Below, in pieces: positions 18,542 through 29,634 of a stretch of 64,000 nucleotides of DNA (position 1 is its first letter; each line of letters opens with the position of its first letter). The DNA comes from an uncultured Alphaproteobacteria bacterium (GTDB lineage: Bacteria; Pseudomonadota; Alphaproteobacteria; Rs-D84), in NCBI GenBank assembly GCA_944392815.1, contig CALXXY010000003.1, positions 32,001 to 96,000 of the forward strand. The letters run 5' to 3'. A program made the position numbers and the translations under genes. The notes beneath the pieces were generated by a model. That model searched no databases and was not told where the DNA came from. It worked only from the letters and a program-made list of their open reading frames with translations.

Positions 18542-19540
18542 TTATTTGACCAAACCCAAATGTGCATAGCCCGCATCAGTCACTACGCGTCCACGCGGTG
18601 TACGCTGGATAAATCCCAATTGCATTAAATATGGTTCGATAACGTCCTCGATAGTATCGGCGGGCTCGGACAATGCCGCCGCCAGATTTTCAATCCCAAC
18701 CGGTCCACCGGCATAGTGCCGCACAATCGCATTCATGTATTCACGGTCCATTTCGTCCAAACCACTGGCGTCAATATGCAATTGCACCAACGTTGTATTA
18801 ATCGTATCGGCGGAAATCACATCACGCCCCAGGGCGGTGGCGAAATCACGTGCACGCTTTAATAATCTATTGGCAATACGTGGCGTGCCACGCGCACTGC
18901 GTGCCAGCATATTGGCGCCATCTGCATCAATTGGCGTTCCCAAAATATTCGCACTGCGCATGATAATTTTTGCCAAATCATCGGGCGAATAAAACGACAA
19001 ACGTAAATCTATGCCAAATCGGTCGCGCAACGGATTAGATAATAACCCAGTCCGCGTGGTTGCCCCCACCAACGTAAACGGGGGCAGGTCAATCCGCACA
19101 CTTTTGGCAGACGGCCCTTCGCCCAGCATGATATCCAGTTTAAAATCTTCCATCGCGGAATACAAAACTTCTTCGATTGCAGTTGGCAAACGGTGAATTT
19201 CATCGATAAACAACACGTCCATCGGTTCCAGCGACGTCAGTATCGCCGCCAAATCACCCTGTTTGGTTAACATAGGCGCGGCAGTCGCCCTGAAATTGGT
19301 TCCCAATTCATTCGCGACAATATGCGCCAACGTTGTTTTTCCCAACCCCGGCGGCCCATACAGCAAAACATGATCCATGGCCTCGCCCCGGGATTTCGCG
19401 CCCGAAATGAACACAGACAAATTCTGTTTCAACGCATCATGCCCGATAAAATCAGACAACGTACGTGGCCGAATTGTTGCAGCCATATCGTCCGGGATAT
19501 TTGGATCCAAAAAACGTTCAGTATTATTTTGCATATCCAT
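18542..19540 (-). CDS. ruvB: Holliday junction helicase RuvB
   Basis: [51 protein letters not shown]. Confidence 0.98.
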   Translation of the reverse strand: MDMQNNTERFLDPNIPDDMAATIRPRTLSDFIGHDALKQNLSVFISGAKSRGEAMDHVLLYGPPGLGKTTLAHIVANELGTNFRATAAPMLTKQGDLAAILTSLEPMDVLFIDEIHRLPTAIEEVLYSAMEDFKLDIMLGEGPSAKSVRIDLPPFTLVGATTRTGLLSNPLRDRFGIDLRLSFYSPDDLAKIIMRSANILGTPIDADGANMLARSARGTPRIANRLLKRARDFATALGRDVISADTINTTLVQLHIDASGLDEMDREYMNAIVRHYAGGPVGIENLAAALSEPADTIEDVIEPYLMQLGFIQRTPRGRVVTDAGYAHLGLVK

Positions 19541-19547
19541 TTATTAA

Positions 19548-20207
19548 TTATAACAATTTGTCATCTGCATTTTCACGCCCGACATACGCCTTTAAATCAT
19601 TATACATCTGGCGCAGGTCAGCAGGTTGCGCATAATGTTCATCTGCATTTTTAACCCGAATAGTTTCCAAATCAATTTGCGCCTGTTTTTTCAAAACCTG
19701 GGTCAGATGCGTTGCAAACGCTTTTGCTTCATCAGATTCATTTGCGCCCTGCAACAACAACCCACGATTTGGACGTGGCGATAAAAATGCAAAATCGGCA
19801 ATCGTCGGATCAGGCGACACCAACGCAAACCCAGAAACCTCGGGCCGGCGCATCATCGCCTGCAACACGTACCACGCCCCCAATTGATTCCCAGCCAACC
19901 ATATACGATCGCTGTCTTCATTTTTATTTTGAATCCAATCAATTACCGTCGCGATATCCAGCATATTTTCAGCCGTGGTTCCGATTGCGCCCTCGGAATT
20001 ATTCACACCCCGATAATTAAAACGAACAACAGAAAACCCGATGTCCATAAACGCACGAAACATCGCATACGACACGCGGTCATTCATATGACACTTTTGC
20101 CGCGGATTCCCAGCCAGCACCACCGCCAACGGGGCGGCCGGCGTATCAGATTTATGATACACCGCGTGTAATTTGCCGGCTTCGCCTGAAATCATTAAAT
20201 CAACCAT
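19548..20207 (-). CDS. Alpha/beta-hydrolase fold protein with degenerate catalytic motif
   Basis: ISGEAGKL, GFSVVRFNYRGV..SEG, LQAMMRRPEV; nucleophile elbow reads AGNQLG. Confidence 0.8.
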   Translation of the reverse strand: MVDLMISGEAGKLHAVYHKSDTPAAPLAVVLAGNPRQKCHMNDRVSYAMFRAFMDIGFSVVRFNYRGVNNSEGAIGTTAENMLDIATVIDWIQNKNEDSDRIWLAGNQLGAWYVLQAMMRRPEVSGFALVSPDPTIADFAFLSPRPNRGLLLQGANESDEAKAFATHLTQVLKKQAQIDLETIRVKNADEHYAQPADLRQMYNDLKAYVGRENADDKLL

Positions 20208-20344
20208 AATTACGCCTTTCTTGGAATTTATATTCTGATAATACTTATAGAACAATCCAAACACAATTTTCAACAGAAATTTTTGCTTTGACACAATGCC
20301 TGCGAATGTTTTAAGATTTATCAGAGAGAAAAAAGGCGTTGACT

Positions 20345-21268
20345 ATGGCAAGATTTATTTTAACAACGGTTTTTGCCGGACTGGTTGCGTTTTCGGCGTA
20401 CGCCGCAACCCAGGATATTGTTTACGATAATTTCCAAACAATATATACGGAAACACCTGTTCAATCGTATTACGCGTATCCAGACGATCCGAATTTTATT
20501 CCGGAAACTGAATTCATGAACCGCGCCGACAGTTTGGATTACGATTTGAATATAGAGGCCGCCCGCCAAAGCGAATCCATGGCACACCCGGGTGTTATGT
20601 TTGCCGATCGTCCGATGGTTATATGCCGCAATTTTGGTTGTACACGCCTGAACGACCGCATAACGCGCACATTTTTATTCAACAGTTTGGCAAATATGTT
20701 CATGATGAACACGCATTCGCGCCTGTATATATGCGAGGCCGACCCGTTTTCACGTGACTGCCTGCAATCCGGCATTTCATTCCCAGTTCGCAGTGGTATT
20801 GCCAACGCATTGGTCAAAATACCCAAGGCCACAATTTCCCAGGTCAACATTTCAACCGGCCTGTCACGCGCCACGGTCAGCATGACATACGAATTTCTGG
20901 TCAACGGCATTGCCCGCACATGCGAACCAACCATTATGGACATCGTAATCCCCGTCAATTCCCAGGCCACATTATCCAATCGCGAATTCGCATGCAATAT
21001 GACCAGTGACGGATTAAGCAACGTATCACTGCTGGTAAATATCGATTACATAGATTTGGATTACGGCATTTTGGGCGGTTATTATTCATTGGGCATGCAG
21101 GGTCCAACCACGGGCGGCGGCACAGGTTATGCACTGTTCAAAACAGAATTCACCACTGGCGGCATGCAATTCCGCGCAGCCGTCACAGGCGAAGAAGACA
21201 TTGCCGGCACAAATTCTGCCATGACTATCCAGCCCGGCGAATATGCAGTGGAACCATTGAAAAAATAA
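20345..21268 (+). CDS. Hypothetical secreted protein
   Basis: Signal peptide ending AYA; 6 Cys; host-like codon use. Confidence 0.8.
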   Translation: MARFILTTVFAGLVAFSAYAATQDIVYDNFQTIYTETPVQSYYAYPDDPNFIPETEFMNRADSLDYDLNIEAARQSESMAHPGVMFADRPMVICRNFGCTRLNDRITRTFLFNSLANMFMMNTHSRLYICEADPFSRDCLQSGISFPVRSGIANALVKIPKATISQVNISTGLSRATVSMTYEFLVNGIARTCEPTIMDIVIPVNSQATLSNREFACNMTSDGLSNVSLLVNIDYIDLDYGILGGYYSLGMQGPTTGGGTGYALFKTEFTTGGMQFRAAVTGEEDIAGTNSAMTIQPGEYAVEPLKK

Positions 21269-21293
21269 ATTTGTGTTCCATATTAGTTCTGTA

Positions 21294-21962
21294 ATGAATA
21301 AAACAGTTTTAATTATTGACGACGATGATATGTTGCGCAAAACGCTGGCCAGTGGTTTGCGCGACAATTCTTTTGACGTATTAACCGCCAACAGCGCGGA
21401 AACAGGCGCAGAAATTTTGTCACGTGTATCCGTGGACGCCATTATATTGGACAGAATGCTGGGCGGTACAGACGGATTGACCATGTTGCACGAAATGCGC
21501 GCACGCGGCGTCACAATTCCTGTTATAATGCTGACGGCCATGGGCGGGGCGGAAAATACAATCGACGGCCTGGCGGGCGGGGCAAATGACTATCTGGCAA
21601 AACCGTTTCAATTGCGCGAATTGGTGCTGCGACTGAACAATATTATTCGCGCCACCCCAACGGGCACAGCCACCAAATTACCAGACGGCCTGGTATTTAC
21701 AGACGACGAGTTTTTTATCACAGACGCACATAATCCGGGCACCGCGCCACGAATATTGCCATTATCGGGCGAAGAAAAAAAATTATTGCGTAATTTAATC
21801 ACGCCCATCGGAAATGTGGTACCCGCGTCACCAATGGTTGCAAAACGCTTGCGCAGCAAATTAAATGTAGTATTATCTGATACAGATATCGTCACAATCC
21901 GCGGCCGTGGGTATAAATTAATACACATGGCGACGGGCAAAAACAACGGTGAACAGGAATGA
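21294..21962 (+). CDS. OmpR-family response regulator
   Basis: LIIDDD, IILDRML, PVIMLTA, ANDYLAKPF, TIRGRGY. Confidence 0.92.
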   Translation: MNKTVLIIDDDDMLRKTLASGLRDNSFDVLTANSAETGAEILSRVSVDAIILDRMLGGTDGLTMLHEMRARGVTIPVIMLTAMGGAENTIDGLAGGANDYLAKPFQLRELVLRLNNIIRATPTGTATKLPDGLVFTDDEFFITDAHNPGTAPRILPLSGEEKKLLRNLITPIGNVVPASPMVAKRLRSKLNVVLSDTDIVTIRGRGYKLIHMATGKNNGEQE

Positions 21963-23239
21963 GATTAATACCACGCAGCTTTTTATGGCGCACCATTTTG
22001 ATGATTTTAATACCCCTGATTATCGCCCAGGTTATCATTGCCAACGTATTTTTCGGCAATCACTGGACGCGCGTGCATGCAACATTGGCACGCAGTTTGG
22101 CGGTCGATATCGTCACAATGATGAATTTTATGGACGACGGCAACGCTGACGCCGCCCGCACCATGGCACGTGATACGGGGATAAACGTTTCAATTAATAC
22201 AAAATTAAATCGCCCCAGTCATAACGACAACACCTCGCGCGAGGCAGGCCTGTTGGCCAGCGAACTGTCCACACGCCTGAAACGCCCGGCACAAATTTAT
22301 ATTGATAAAGCCAAACGTTTGGTATTCATTGACGTACCAACAAACGATGGAAAAATCGCCACGTTTGGAACATCGCTGTACCGGATATATTCCACCAGTA
22401 CCGAAGTATTTATAATCTGGCTGATTGGGTCGATATTAATTGTATCAATATTAATAACGCCATTTATTATCATGCACACGCGGTCTATCCGCCGCATAGC
22501 GCGCGCCGCCGGCCGTTTTGGTCGTGGATTGGACGCGCCTGGTTTCCAACCAACTGGTTCCAAAGAAATCCGCGAGGCCGCCGCCGCAATGATTACAATG
22601 AAAGAACGTCTGAACAGATACAATCGCACCCGCAGCGACATGTTAAACGCGGTCAGCCACGATTTAAAAACCCCGCTGGCACGCATGCGCCTGGCGGTGG
22701 AAACAGATTCGGCATCAAAAGAAAATCTGTTGCAGGACATTGACCGCATGACCGAAATGGTTAACGGATATCTGGCGTTTGCGCGCGGCGAAATGCCGGA
22801 AATCGAACAAACAACGGAATTGCCGGCTATGTTGCTGCGCACTGCGCGCGACGCGGCCCCGGATAAAAATATTCAAACGGATTTCCCGGACGAACCGGCA
22901 CAATTCTATGCACGCCCAATGGCACTGGCACGCGCATTCAGCAACATTATTGAAAACGCGGCCAGATATGCAAAAAAAACGATTCGCATCACAGAACACG
23001 ATTCCGCGGATCAAATAGAAATTATTATCGAAGATGACGGTCCCGGTATCCCAGACGACAAAAAACGTGACGCTTTGCGCCCATTTGTGCGCCTGGACGA
23101 ATCGCGCAGTGATAAAACTGGCGGCACAGGGTTGGGGCTGTCTATTGCCCAAACAGCCATTGAAAATCATGGCGGGCAAATGTTTTTGGAAAACAGCGAT
23201 TTGGGCGGTCTGCGCGTGCGCGTTGTATTACCAATATAA
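21959..23239 (+). CDS. EnvZ-like sensor histidine kinase
   Basis: 2 TM helices, HAMP, VSHDLKTPL, NIIENA, EDDGPGIP, GGTGLGLSI. Confidence 0.95.
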   Translation: MRLIPRSFLWRTILMILIPLIIAQVIIANVFFGNHWTRVHATLARSLAVDIVTMMNFMDDGNADAARTMARDTGINVSINTKLNRPSHNDNTSREAGLLASELSTRLKRPAQIYIDKAKRLVFIDVPTNDGKIATFGTSLYRIYSTSTEVFIIWLIGSILIVSILITPFIIMHTRSIRRIARAAGRFGRGLDAPGFQPTGSKEIREAAAAMITMKERLNRYNRTRSDMLNAVSHDLKTPLARMRLAVETDSASKENLLQDIDRMTEMVNGYLAFARGEMPEIEQTTELPAMLLRTARDAAPDKNIQTDFPDEPAQFYARPMALARAFSNIIENAARYAKKTIRITEHDSADQIEIIIEDDGPGIPDDKKRDALRPFVRLDESRSDKTGGTGLGLSIAQTAIENHGGQMFLENSDLGGLRVRVVLPI

Positions 23240-23258
23240 AATCATACGGATATAAAAA

Positions 23259-24968
23259 ATGAACTTGTATAAATACGTATCAGAATCAATAAACGATAAA
23301 TTGGGATTCCCCGCCAATTTGGAAACGCCACGCAATCGTGACTTTGGCGATTTTGCAACGAATGCCGCGATGGTCATGGCGAAAACTGCGGGCAAAAATC
23401 CGCGGGAATTGGCAAATGAAATTTTGCCAAAACTGCGTGAATTGGATTTTGTGGCGGACGTATCGGTCGCCGGCCCCGGGTTCATTAACATTAAACTGCG
23501 TGACGATTTCATATGGCGCGCCGCAGCCGAACCACACAATATACAAACTGACAAGCCATTAGTAATTGATATGGATTATGGGTCATATAACGTTGCAAAA
23601 TCATTACATATTGGTCATTTGCGCACATCCATTGTTGGCGACACACTAAACAGAATTGCAAAATACATTGGCCATAAAACAATATCTTATAATCACATGG
23701 GCGATTGGGGGCGTTCAATGGGATTGGTCATTGCGTGGATAAAGCGTAATCACCCCGATTGGCCATTCTTTCAGCCCAATTTTGACCCAGACGCAGATTA
23801 CAGTAAATACGCCATGTCCGCCGAAGAACTTGACACATATTATCCAGCCGCCGCTGCATTGGCCAAATCTGATGATGCATTTATGGAAGATGCGCGTCAA
23901 ATTACCGCGGAATTACAACGCGGTCATCCTGGATATAACACATTGTATAATGTATTTTTACCCATAGCGACCAATTCCATGATGGAAACAGTAAAAAAAT
24001 TAAATATCATGCCATTTGACCGAAATCTTGGCGAACGCAATGCGGCCAAATATATTGAACCGGTTGAAAAAATGCTGCGTGAAAAAAATTTATTGGTCAA
24101 ATCGGACGGGGCTGAGGTAATTATTGTCAAAAAAGACACTGATACCGCCCCAATGCCGCCAATGATGTTTTATAACTCGCGCGGGGCTGTGCCATATGAC
24201 GCCACAGATATTATGGCATTGTACTATCGTAAAATAACTGATAACCCGAACAAGATTATATATCTGACTGATGTGCGCCAAAAATTACATTTTGAACAAC
24301 TGTTTCGTGTTGCAGAATTAACAGGTTTGTTCCCAGCCGCCGATTTAGAACATATTGGCTATGGCACAATTAACGGCGCAGATGGGAAACCATTTAAAAC
24401 CCGCGATGGCAATGCGGCTGGATTAAACGACATAATCGAAATGATAACCAATGCTGTCCAAAAACGTGTAAGTGACAGCGGAAAAAAACTGCCGCCCGAA
24501 ACTGTGGACGAAATTGCACTGGCGGCATTAAAATTTAATGATTTGATGCACGATTTACGTTCTGACTATGTTTTCGAACCGGAATCGGTCACCAGTTTCG
24601 AGGGTCGTACCGGCCCATATATTCTGTACACGGCGGTGCGTCTGAACAGCGTTTTAAAACGGGCAGGGGAATTCCCAGCCGCACCGGCCACAGATTTAAC
24701 AACCGATGAACGTAATTTGTTAATCGAAACGCTGGATTTTGAACGCACGGTACAAAGCGCATTTGACAATCGCGCGACCGACATGATTGCAAATTACGCG
24801 TACGATTTATGTCAATTGGCGAACGCATTTTACCACAATTGCCCAATTTTACGCGACGACGTGGACGCACGCACCCGCGCACGCCGCCTGGGGATTACAA
24901 AAATTGCACGCGACACATTGGCCACCGCAATAGATTTGATGGGATTAAAAATCCCGAATGAAATGTAA
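23259..24968 (+). CDS. argS: Arginine--tRNA ligase
   Basis: FGDFATNAAM, AGPGFINI, LHIGHLR, NHMGDWG, PFKTRDG, GPYILY, C-terminal PNEM. Confidence 0.97.
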   Translation: MNLYKYVSESINDKLGFPANLETPRNRDFGDFATNAAMVMAKTAGKNPRELANEILPKLRELDFVADVSVAGPGFINIKLRDDFIWRAAAEPHNIQTDKPLVIDMDYGSYNVAKSLHIGHLRTSIVGDTLNRIAKYIGHKTISYNHMGDWGRSMGLVIAWIKRNHPDWPFFQPNFDPDADYSKYAMSAEELDTYYPAAAALAKSDDAFMEDARQITAELQRGHPGYNTLYNVFLPIATNSMMETVKKLNIMPFDRNLGERNAAKYIEPVEKMLREKNLLVKSDGAEVIIVKKDTDTAPMPPMMFYNSRGAVPYDATDIMALYYRKITDNPNKIIYLTDVRQKLHFEQLFRVAELTGLFPAADLEHIGYGTINGADGKPFKTRDGNAAGLNDIIEMITNAVQKRVSDSGKKLPPETVDEIALAALKFNDLMHDLRSDYVFEPESVTSFEGRTGPYILYTAVRLNSVLKRAGEFPAAPATDLTTDERNLLIETLDFERTVQSAFDNRATDMIANYAYDLCQLANAFYHNCPILRDDVDARTRARRLGITKIARDTLATAIDLMGLKIPNEM

Positions 24969-25059
24969 ATGTGAAAAACAACTATTGCATAATATTGTAA
25001 TTTCAGGTATAATTGCACAGACAAGATCGTAACAAGTCAATTGCCACAGGGGGGACGGA

Positions 25060-25284
25060 ATGTCGCATTGGGTAAAAACAATTGTTGCCACATTCGCTAT
25101 TTTTCAACTGACGCCATTATTTGCGGCAGAAACGCAGCAAATTGCATCGGTTTCATATGTTAACAAAATAACAGATGAATTGGATACCAAGGTTGATATG
25201 GGATCAGCCCAAACAATATCCGGGGAAAAAACTTTTTCAGCCAGTCCGTTGGTTCCAACTCCACCATTACCACAGGATTTATAG
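25060..25284 (+). CDS. Small secreted protein with tail-fibre-repeat-like motif
   Basis: GGGGG RBS; signal peptide; IASVSYV and QTISGEKTF...PLVPTPPLP; stop overlaps next start. Confidence 0.65.
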   Translation: MSHWVKTIVATFAIFQLTPLFAAETQQIASVSYVNKITDELDTKVDMGSAQTISGEKTFSASPLVPTPPLPQDL

Positions 25285-27089
25285 TGTTCAAAAAAATCTG
25301 TGCCGCCATACTTGCAATATTTTTAATACTGCCAAATGTTGCAATCTCGGCGGAAATGGTAAATGTTGAATACGTTCACAATATCCTGCGTTGGCGCTGG
25401 GGAATTGATTTACCATATAATACAAACCTGACAAATCCTCATGTCGCTGCAAATATGAAATATTTGTTAACGGTTGTTGATATTGCAAACAAGCGACTGA
25501 ATGGTAAACAAACAACAGATTATGGCAACAGCGACTACGCCACACTGGCGGCGGCGGACACAGTTGCCACGAACACAGCGATTGACACATTGGTTCGTGG
25601 GCCTGGATTTTATTTGACGACCACTCCAGATACGACGAATTTTTCAATTACTATTACCGCCGCTGGAACTTTTGCAATTGATTGGGGTGACGGGGAACGC
25701 GAATCCATTGTCGATAAACCAGTTGCCGCAACAACATACTCTCACACATTTAAAACCCCGCAATCACACACAATTCGCATAACTGGCACCGCCACAGATT
25801 ACAGCGATGCCAACAACGTCAAAACATTATCTTTTAATAACAACACTGCTATTGCCAGAATTAATGGCAACCTGGGTTCTATATTTCCAACACTATCGGA
25901 CGGGACAAATCCGCGTTTTACCGAATTGTTTAACGACGCGACCAATTTGACGGGCGAAATTCCATCAGATTTATTCGACGGCATTACCGGTGCAGCAACG
26001 ACATATATGTTCGGCAGCTTGTTTCGCAATTGCTCGAAATTAACGGGCGAAATTCCCGCCGATTTGTTTGCGGGCATCACAGGCCCATTGGCCCAAGGTA
26101 CATTCGAAGCATCTTTTTATAGTTGCAGTGGACTGTCCGGCAGTATTCCTGGCGAATTATTTTCACGCATAACCAGCGACACACATGAAGTTTTATTTAA
26201 TCAAACCTTTCGCGGTTGCACTGGATTATCTGGTTCAATTCCCGGTGATTTATTCCAGGGTATCCGTGGCACGCCACGACGTGCAATGTTTTTTGCCGCA
26301 TTCCGTAACTGCAGCAACATAACGGGTTCAATCCCAGGCGAATTATTTGCCGGCATCCAGGGCGCGCCAGCAACTTCTGTATTTGCCGAAACATTTGCAT
26401 ACACGGGACTAACTGGTTCTATTCCCGGCGAACTGTTCTCGGGCATCCAGGGAGCACCAGCCCATCAATTATTCAGCTATACATTTGCTGGTAATCGCAG
26501 ATTAACCGGTCAAATTCCAGGTGAATTATTTGCAGGCCTCCAGGGTGCACCAGCCCCATATGTATTCTCGAATACTTTTGTTCAATGCAGCGGCCTTGAT
26601 AATCATATCCCAGCCGACCTGTTTGCGGGCATTCGTGGACAACCAGCCGAAGGAATGTTTGAGAGAACATTCAATGATGCCGGTGTAAGTTCAATACCCG
26701 ATGGCTTGTTTGCTGACATCCAGGGTGAACCCGCGAACTTTATGTTTGAATCAACTTTTAACTGGAACCCAAGGTTAAACACAATTCCAGATGGTTTATT
26801 TGCTGGAATTTCTGGATCTCCGGCAACAAACATGTTTAGCAATACGTTTAATTATACGAGTATAACAAATATCCCAGACAATTTGTTCGGCACATTCACA
26901 GATAACCCAGCGAATGGTATGTTTACCAGCACATTCGCCAATTGTCAAAACCTGACGGGACCATCTGCCAAAAATGGCGACGGCCGCTATCTGTACGAGG
27001 TATTCACAAACATCACATCTGATATGAACACATACGCAAATTCACCAAATTTGTCGGATTACGACCAAATTCCAAACAACTGGAAATAA
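25284..27089 (+). CDS. Secreted surface repeat protein (PKD-like domain plus about 30-aa BspA/DUF285-like repeats)
   Basis: Signal peptide; IDWGDG...SHTF; about 12 repeats of L(T/S)GxIPxxLFxGIxGxPAxxxFxxTFxxC. Confidence 0.85.
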   Translation: MFKKICAAILAIFLILPNVAISAEMVNVEYVHNILRWRWGIDLPYNTNLTNPHVAANMKYLLTVVDIANKRLNGKQTTDYGNSDYATLAAADTVATNTAIDTLVRGPGFYLTTTPDTTNFSITITAAGTFAIDWGDGERESIVDKPVAATTYSHTFKTPQSHTIRITGTATDYSDANNVKTLSFNNNTAIARINGNLGSIFPTLSDGTNPRFTELFNDATNLTGEIPSDLFDGITGAATTYMFGSLFRNCSKLTGEIPADLFAGITGPLAQGTFEASFYSCSGLSGSIPGELFSRITSDTHEVLFNQTFRGCTGLSGSIPGDLFQGIRGTPRRAMFFAAFRNCSNITGSIPGELFAGIQGAPATSVFAETFAYTGLTGSIPGELFSGIQGAPAHQLFSYTFAGNRRLTGQIPGELFAGLQGAPAPYVFSNTFVQCSGLDNHIPADLFAGIRGQPAEGMFERTFNDAGVSSIPDGLFADIQGEPANFMFESTFNWNPRLNTIPDGLFAGISGSPATNMFSNTFNYTSITNIPDNLFGTFTDNPANGMFTSTFANCQNLTGPSAKNGDGRYLYEVFTNITSDMNTYANSPNLSDYDQIPNNWK

Positions 27090-27183
27090 TTACGGTATAA
27101 TTATACCACACACATTTTACTTGACTTTTCTGGTGGGTTGGGGCATAATAGCCCCGCTAAATTCAATAAAAAGGTAAAAAACT

Positions 27184-27657
27184 ATGGCAGCAACAAAATC
27201 GTTAAAACGTTGTGAATTGGACGCCAAATGGTATCTGATTGACGCAACCGATTGCACGCTGGGGCGTTTGGCGGCATACACCGCGAACATTCTGCGTGGT
27301 AAAACCAAGCCGACATGGACACCCAACATGGATTGTGGCGATCATGTTATCATTATCAATGCGGACAAAGTTGCCCTGTCTGGGAAAAAGGCCGAAAAAA
27401 CAAAATTCTTTTGGCATTCCCTGTGGACCGGCAGCACCAAGGAACGCACCCTGGGCCAGATGCGCAGCGAAAAACCAGAAAAATTGGTATACAACGCTGT
27501 AAAGCGCATGATGGGCCGTCGCACAGCCGTTGCATTGGCGAACAAACGTTTGACCAAACTGCACGTATATGCTGGTGCGGAACACAAACATGCCGCGCAA
27601 AACCCAATTGTTATCAATTTTGCCGAATTGAATCGTAAAAATAAAAGGGGCGAATAA
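27184..27657 (+). CDS. rplM: 50S ribosomal protein L13
   Basis: [45 protein letters not shown]. Confidence 0.98.
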   Translation: MAATKSLKRCELDAKWYLIDATDCTLGRLAAYTANILRGKTKPTWTPNMDCGDHVIIINADKVALSGKKAEKTKFFWHSLWTGSTKERTLGQMRSEKPEKLVYNAVKRMMGRRTAVALANKRLTKLHVYAGAEHKHAAQNPIVINFAELNRKNKRGE

Positions 27658-28157
27658 TGACAGAAGCAAAAAAAACTGCGACCAAGGCAGCAACAAAAAC
27701 TACCAAGAAAGCCGCCCCGGTCAAAGCGACAGCCGCCGCAAAAAAAACAGCCGTGGCCGACGTTAAATTAACAAACGCGACATACGCCACCGGCAAACGC
27801 AAGGATTCTGTCGCACGTGTATACCTGATTCCGGGCAAGGGTCAGATTATCGTCAACAACATTCCGATGACAGAATATTTCCGTCGTCCTGTGTTGCAAA
27901 TGATTATCGCCCAGCCATTCGGCATCACAAAACGCGAAACGGCATACGACGTACACGCCATTGTTATGGGTGGCGGTCTGTCGGGCCAGGCGGGCGCCGT
28001 TAAACACGGTATTTCCAAAGCATTGGAAAAAATCGAACCAGATTTGCGTAAAACACTGAAATCCGCAGGTTTCCTGACCCGCGACAGCCGTGTTGTTGAA
28101 CGTAAACACTTTGGTCGTCACAAAGCGCGTCGTTCCACACAGTTCAGCAAACGTTAA
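27657..28157 (+). CDS. rpsI: 30S ribosomal protein S9 with Lys/Ala-rich N-terminal extension
   Basis: [38 protein letters not shown]. Confidence 0.98.
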   Translation: MTEAKKTATKAATKTTKKAAPVKATAAAKKTAVADVKLTNATYATGKRKDSVARVYLIPGKGQIIVNNIPMTEYFRRPVLQMIIAQPFGITKRETAYDVHAIVMGGGLSGQAGAVKHGISKALEKIEPDLRKTLKSAGFLTRDSRVVERKHFGRHKARRSTQFSKR

Positions 28158-28172
28158 TCTGTGTATTTATAC

Positions 28173-28199
28173 AAAATCCGCCGTTTGGCGGATTTTTTT
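28173..28199 (+). terminator. Intrinsic terminator after rpsI
   Basis: AAAATCCGCC-GTTT-GGCGGATTTTTTT. Confidence 0.85.
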
Positions 28200-28281
28200 G
28201 TTATATTAAAAAAGTGTATTGCGTTTATAAAAAAACTGTGTATAATCATTCGGCAATTCATTATTTAATGGGGAAAATACT

Positions 28282-29577
28282 ATGTTCAAGAAAGAAAAAA
28301 TCAAAGATTTACACTATTCTGTAAATGGCGTCATCACCGCAGATGAACTGCAAAACGCGGCCGACGAAATTTTAACCGAATACGGGAAAAAGGCAAAAAT
28401 GCCGGGATTCCGTCCGGGTCACATTCCATTATCCATTTTACGCCAAAAATACAATGCCTCTGCCATGTCCGAGGCCATCGACAAATTAATGAACCGTGAT
28501 TTAAACGAATACGTCGCAGACAAAAAAATCCGTTTGGCGGGTTCACCACGTGCCGATTTGGCAAAATGGGAAATGGGCCAGGACGCAGAATACACATTGG
28601 AATTCGACATTCTGCCGACTTTGCCGGCGATTGATTTGGAAAAATTCACAGTGACGAAAAAAACGACCACCCTGGACGAGGCCGAAGTTGAAAAATCACT
28701 GGAAAATATCCGCAAATCCCGCAGCATCGCAGAAAAACAACCGGACGATTATGTCGCGCAAAACGGTGACACAGCCGTCATCGATTTTCGTGGGTTCATC
28801 GACAACGAAGAATTCGCCGGTGGCGCCGCAGAAAAGCATCACCTGGTGTTGGGTTCTGGCGCATTTATCCCTGGATTCGAAGATCAGGTTATCGGCCACA
28901 AATCCGGCGATGAATTTGATGTAAATGTCAAATTCCCGTCCGATTATCACGCAGAAAACCTGGCCGGCAAAGACGCACGTTTCGCGGTCAAGGTTCACGA
29001 AGTTCGCAAACACCAATTGCCTGAATTAAATGACGAATTGGCAAAATCCGTTGGCCATGAATCTGTGGACAAATTGCGCGAACACATTCGCACCATTTTA
29101 ACCGAACAATATGACGAGGCCGCCAAACGCGACATGCGCAACGAATTGTTGGACATTTTGGCCGACAAAGTAAAACTGGATTTACCAGAAAACTTGGTTG
29201 ACCAGGAATACAACATGGCTAAACAGGAATACGAACGCGCGGCCAAAAACGGCAGCACCGAAAAATGGGACGAAAAACAGGAACGCCGTGACGCCGAACG
29301 CCGTGTGAAATTGGGGCTGATTTTGGCGGAATGGGGCACCCAGAACAAAGTAGAGGTCACCCGTGACGATTTGCAACAGGCCGTCTGGGCCGAAGCCGCC
29401 CGTTATCCTGATCCGAAACAGGTATTTGAATTTTACAACAAAAATCAAAACGCTTTGGCAATGCTGCGCGGCATGATTTTTGAACGCAAGGCATTGGACG
29501 CAATGTTAACCCATGTCAAGACCAAGGAAAAATCCGTGAAACCATCGGAATTGTTCCAACAGTCCGACGTTCGTTAA
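28282..29577 (+). CDS. tig: Trigger factor
   Basis: MPGFRPGHIP, IDFRGFID..F.GG, LGSGAFIPGFEDQ, RRVKLGLIL. Confidence 0.97.
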   Translation: MFKKEKIKDLHYSVNGVITADELQNAADEILTEYGKKAKMPGFRPGHIPLSILRQKYNASAMSEAIDKLMNRDLNEYVADKKIRLAGSPRADLAKWEMGQDAEYTLEFDILPTLPAIDLEKFTVTKKTTTLDEAEVEKSLENIRKSRSIAEKQPDDYVAQNGDTAVIDFRGFIDNEEFAGGAAEKHHLVLGSGAFIPGFEDQVIGHKSGDEFDVNVKFPSDYHAENLAGKDARFAVKVHEVRKHQLPELNDELAKSVGHESVDKLREHIRTILTEQYDEAAKRDMRNELLDILADKVKLDLPENLVDQEYNMAKQEYERAAKNGSTEKWDEKQERRDAERRVKLGLILAEWGTQNKVEVTRDDLQQAVWAEAARYPDPKQVFEFYNKNQNALAMLRGMIFERKALDAMLTHVKTKEKSVKPSELFQQSDVR

Positions 29578-29634
29578 TTAACCGTAAAAACGCGTGCTGT
29601 TGCGCGCGTTTTTTAATACCACAGGACGATTTAC

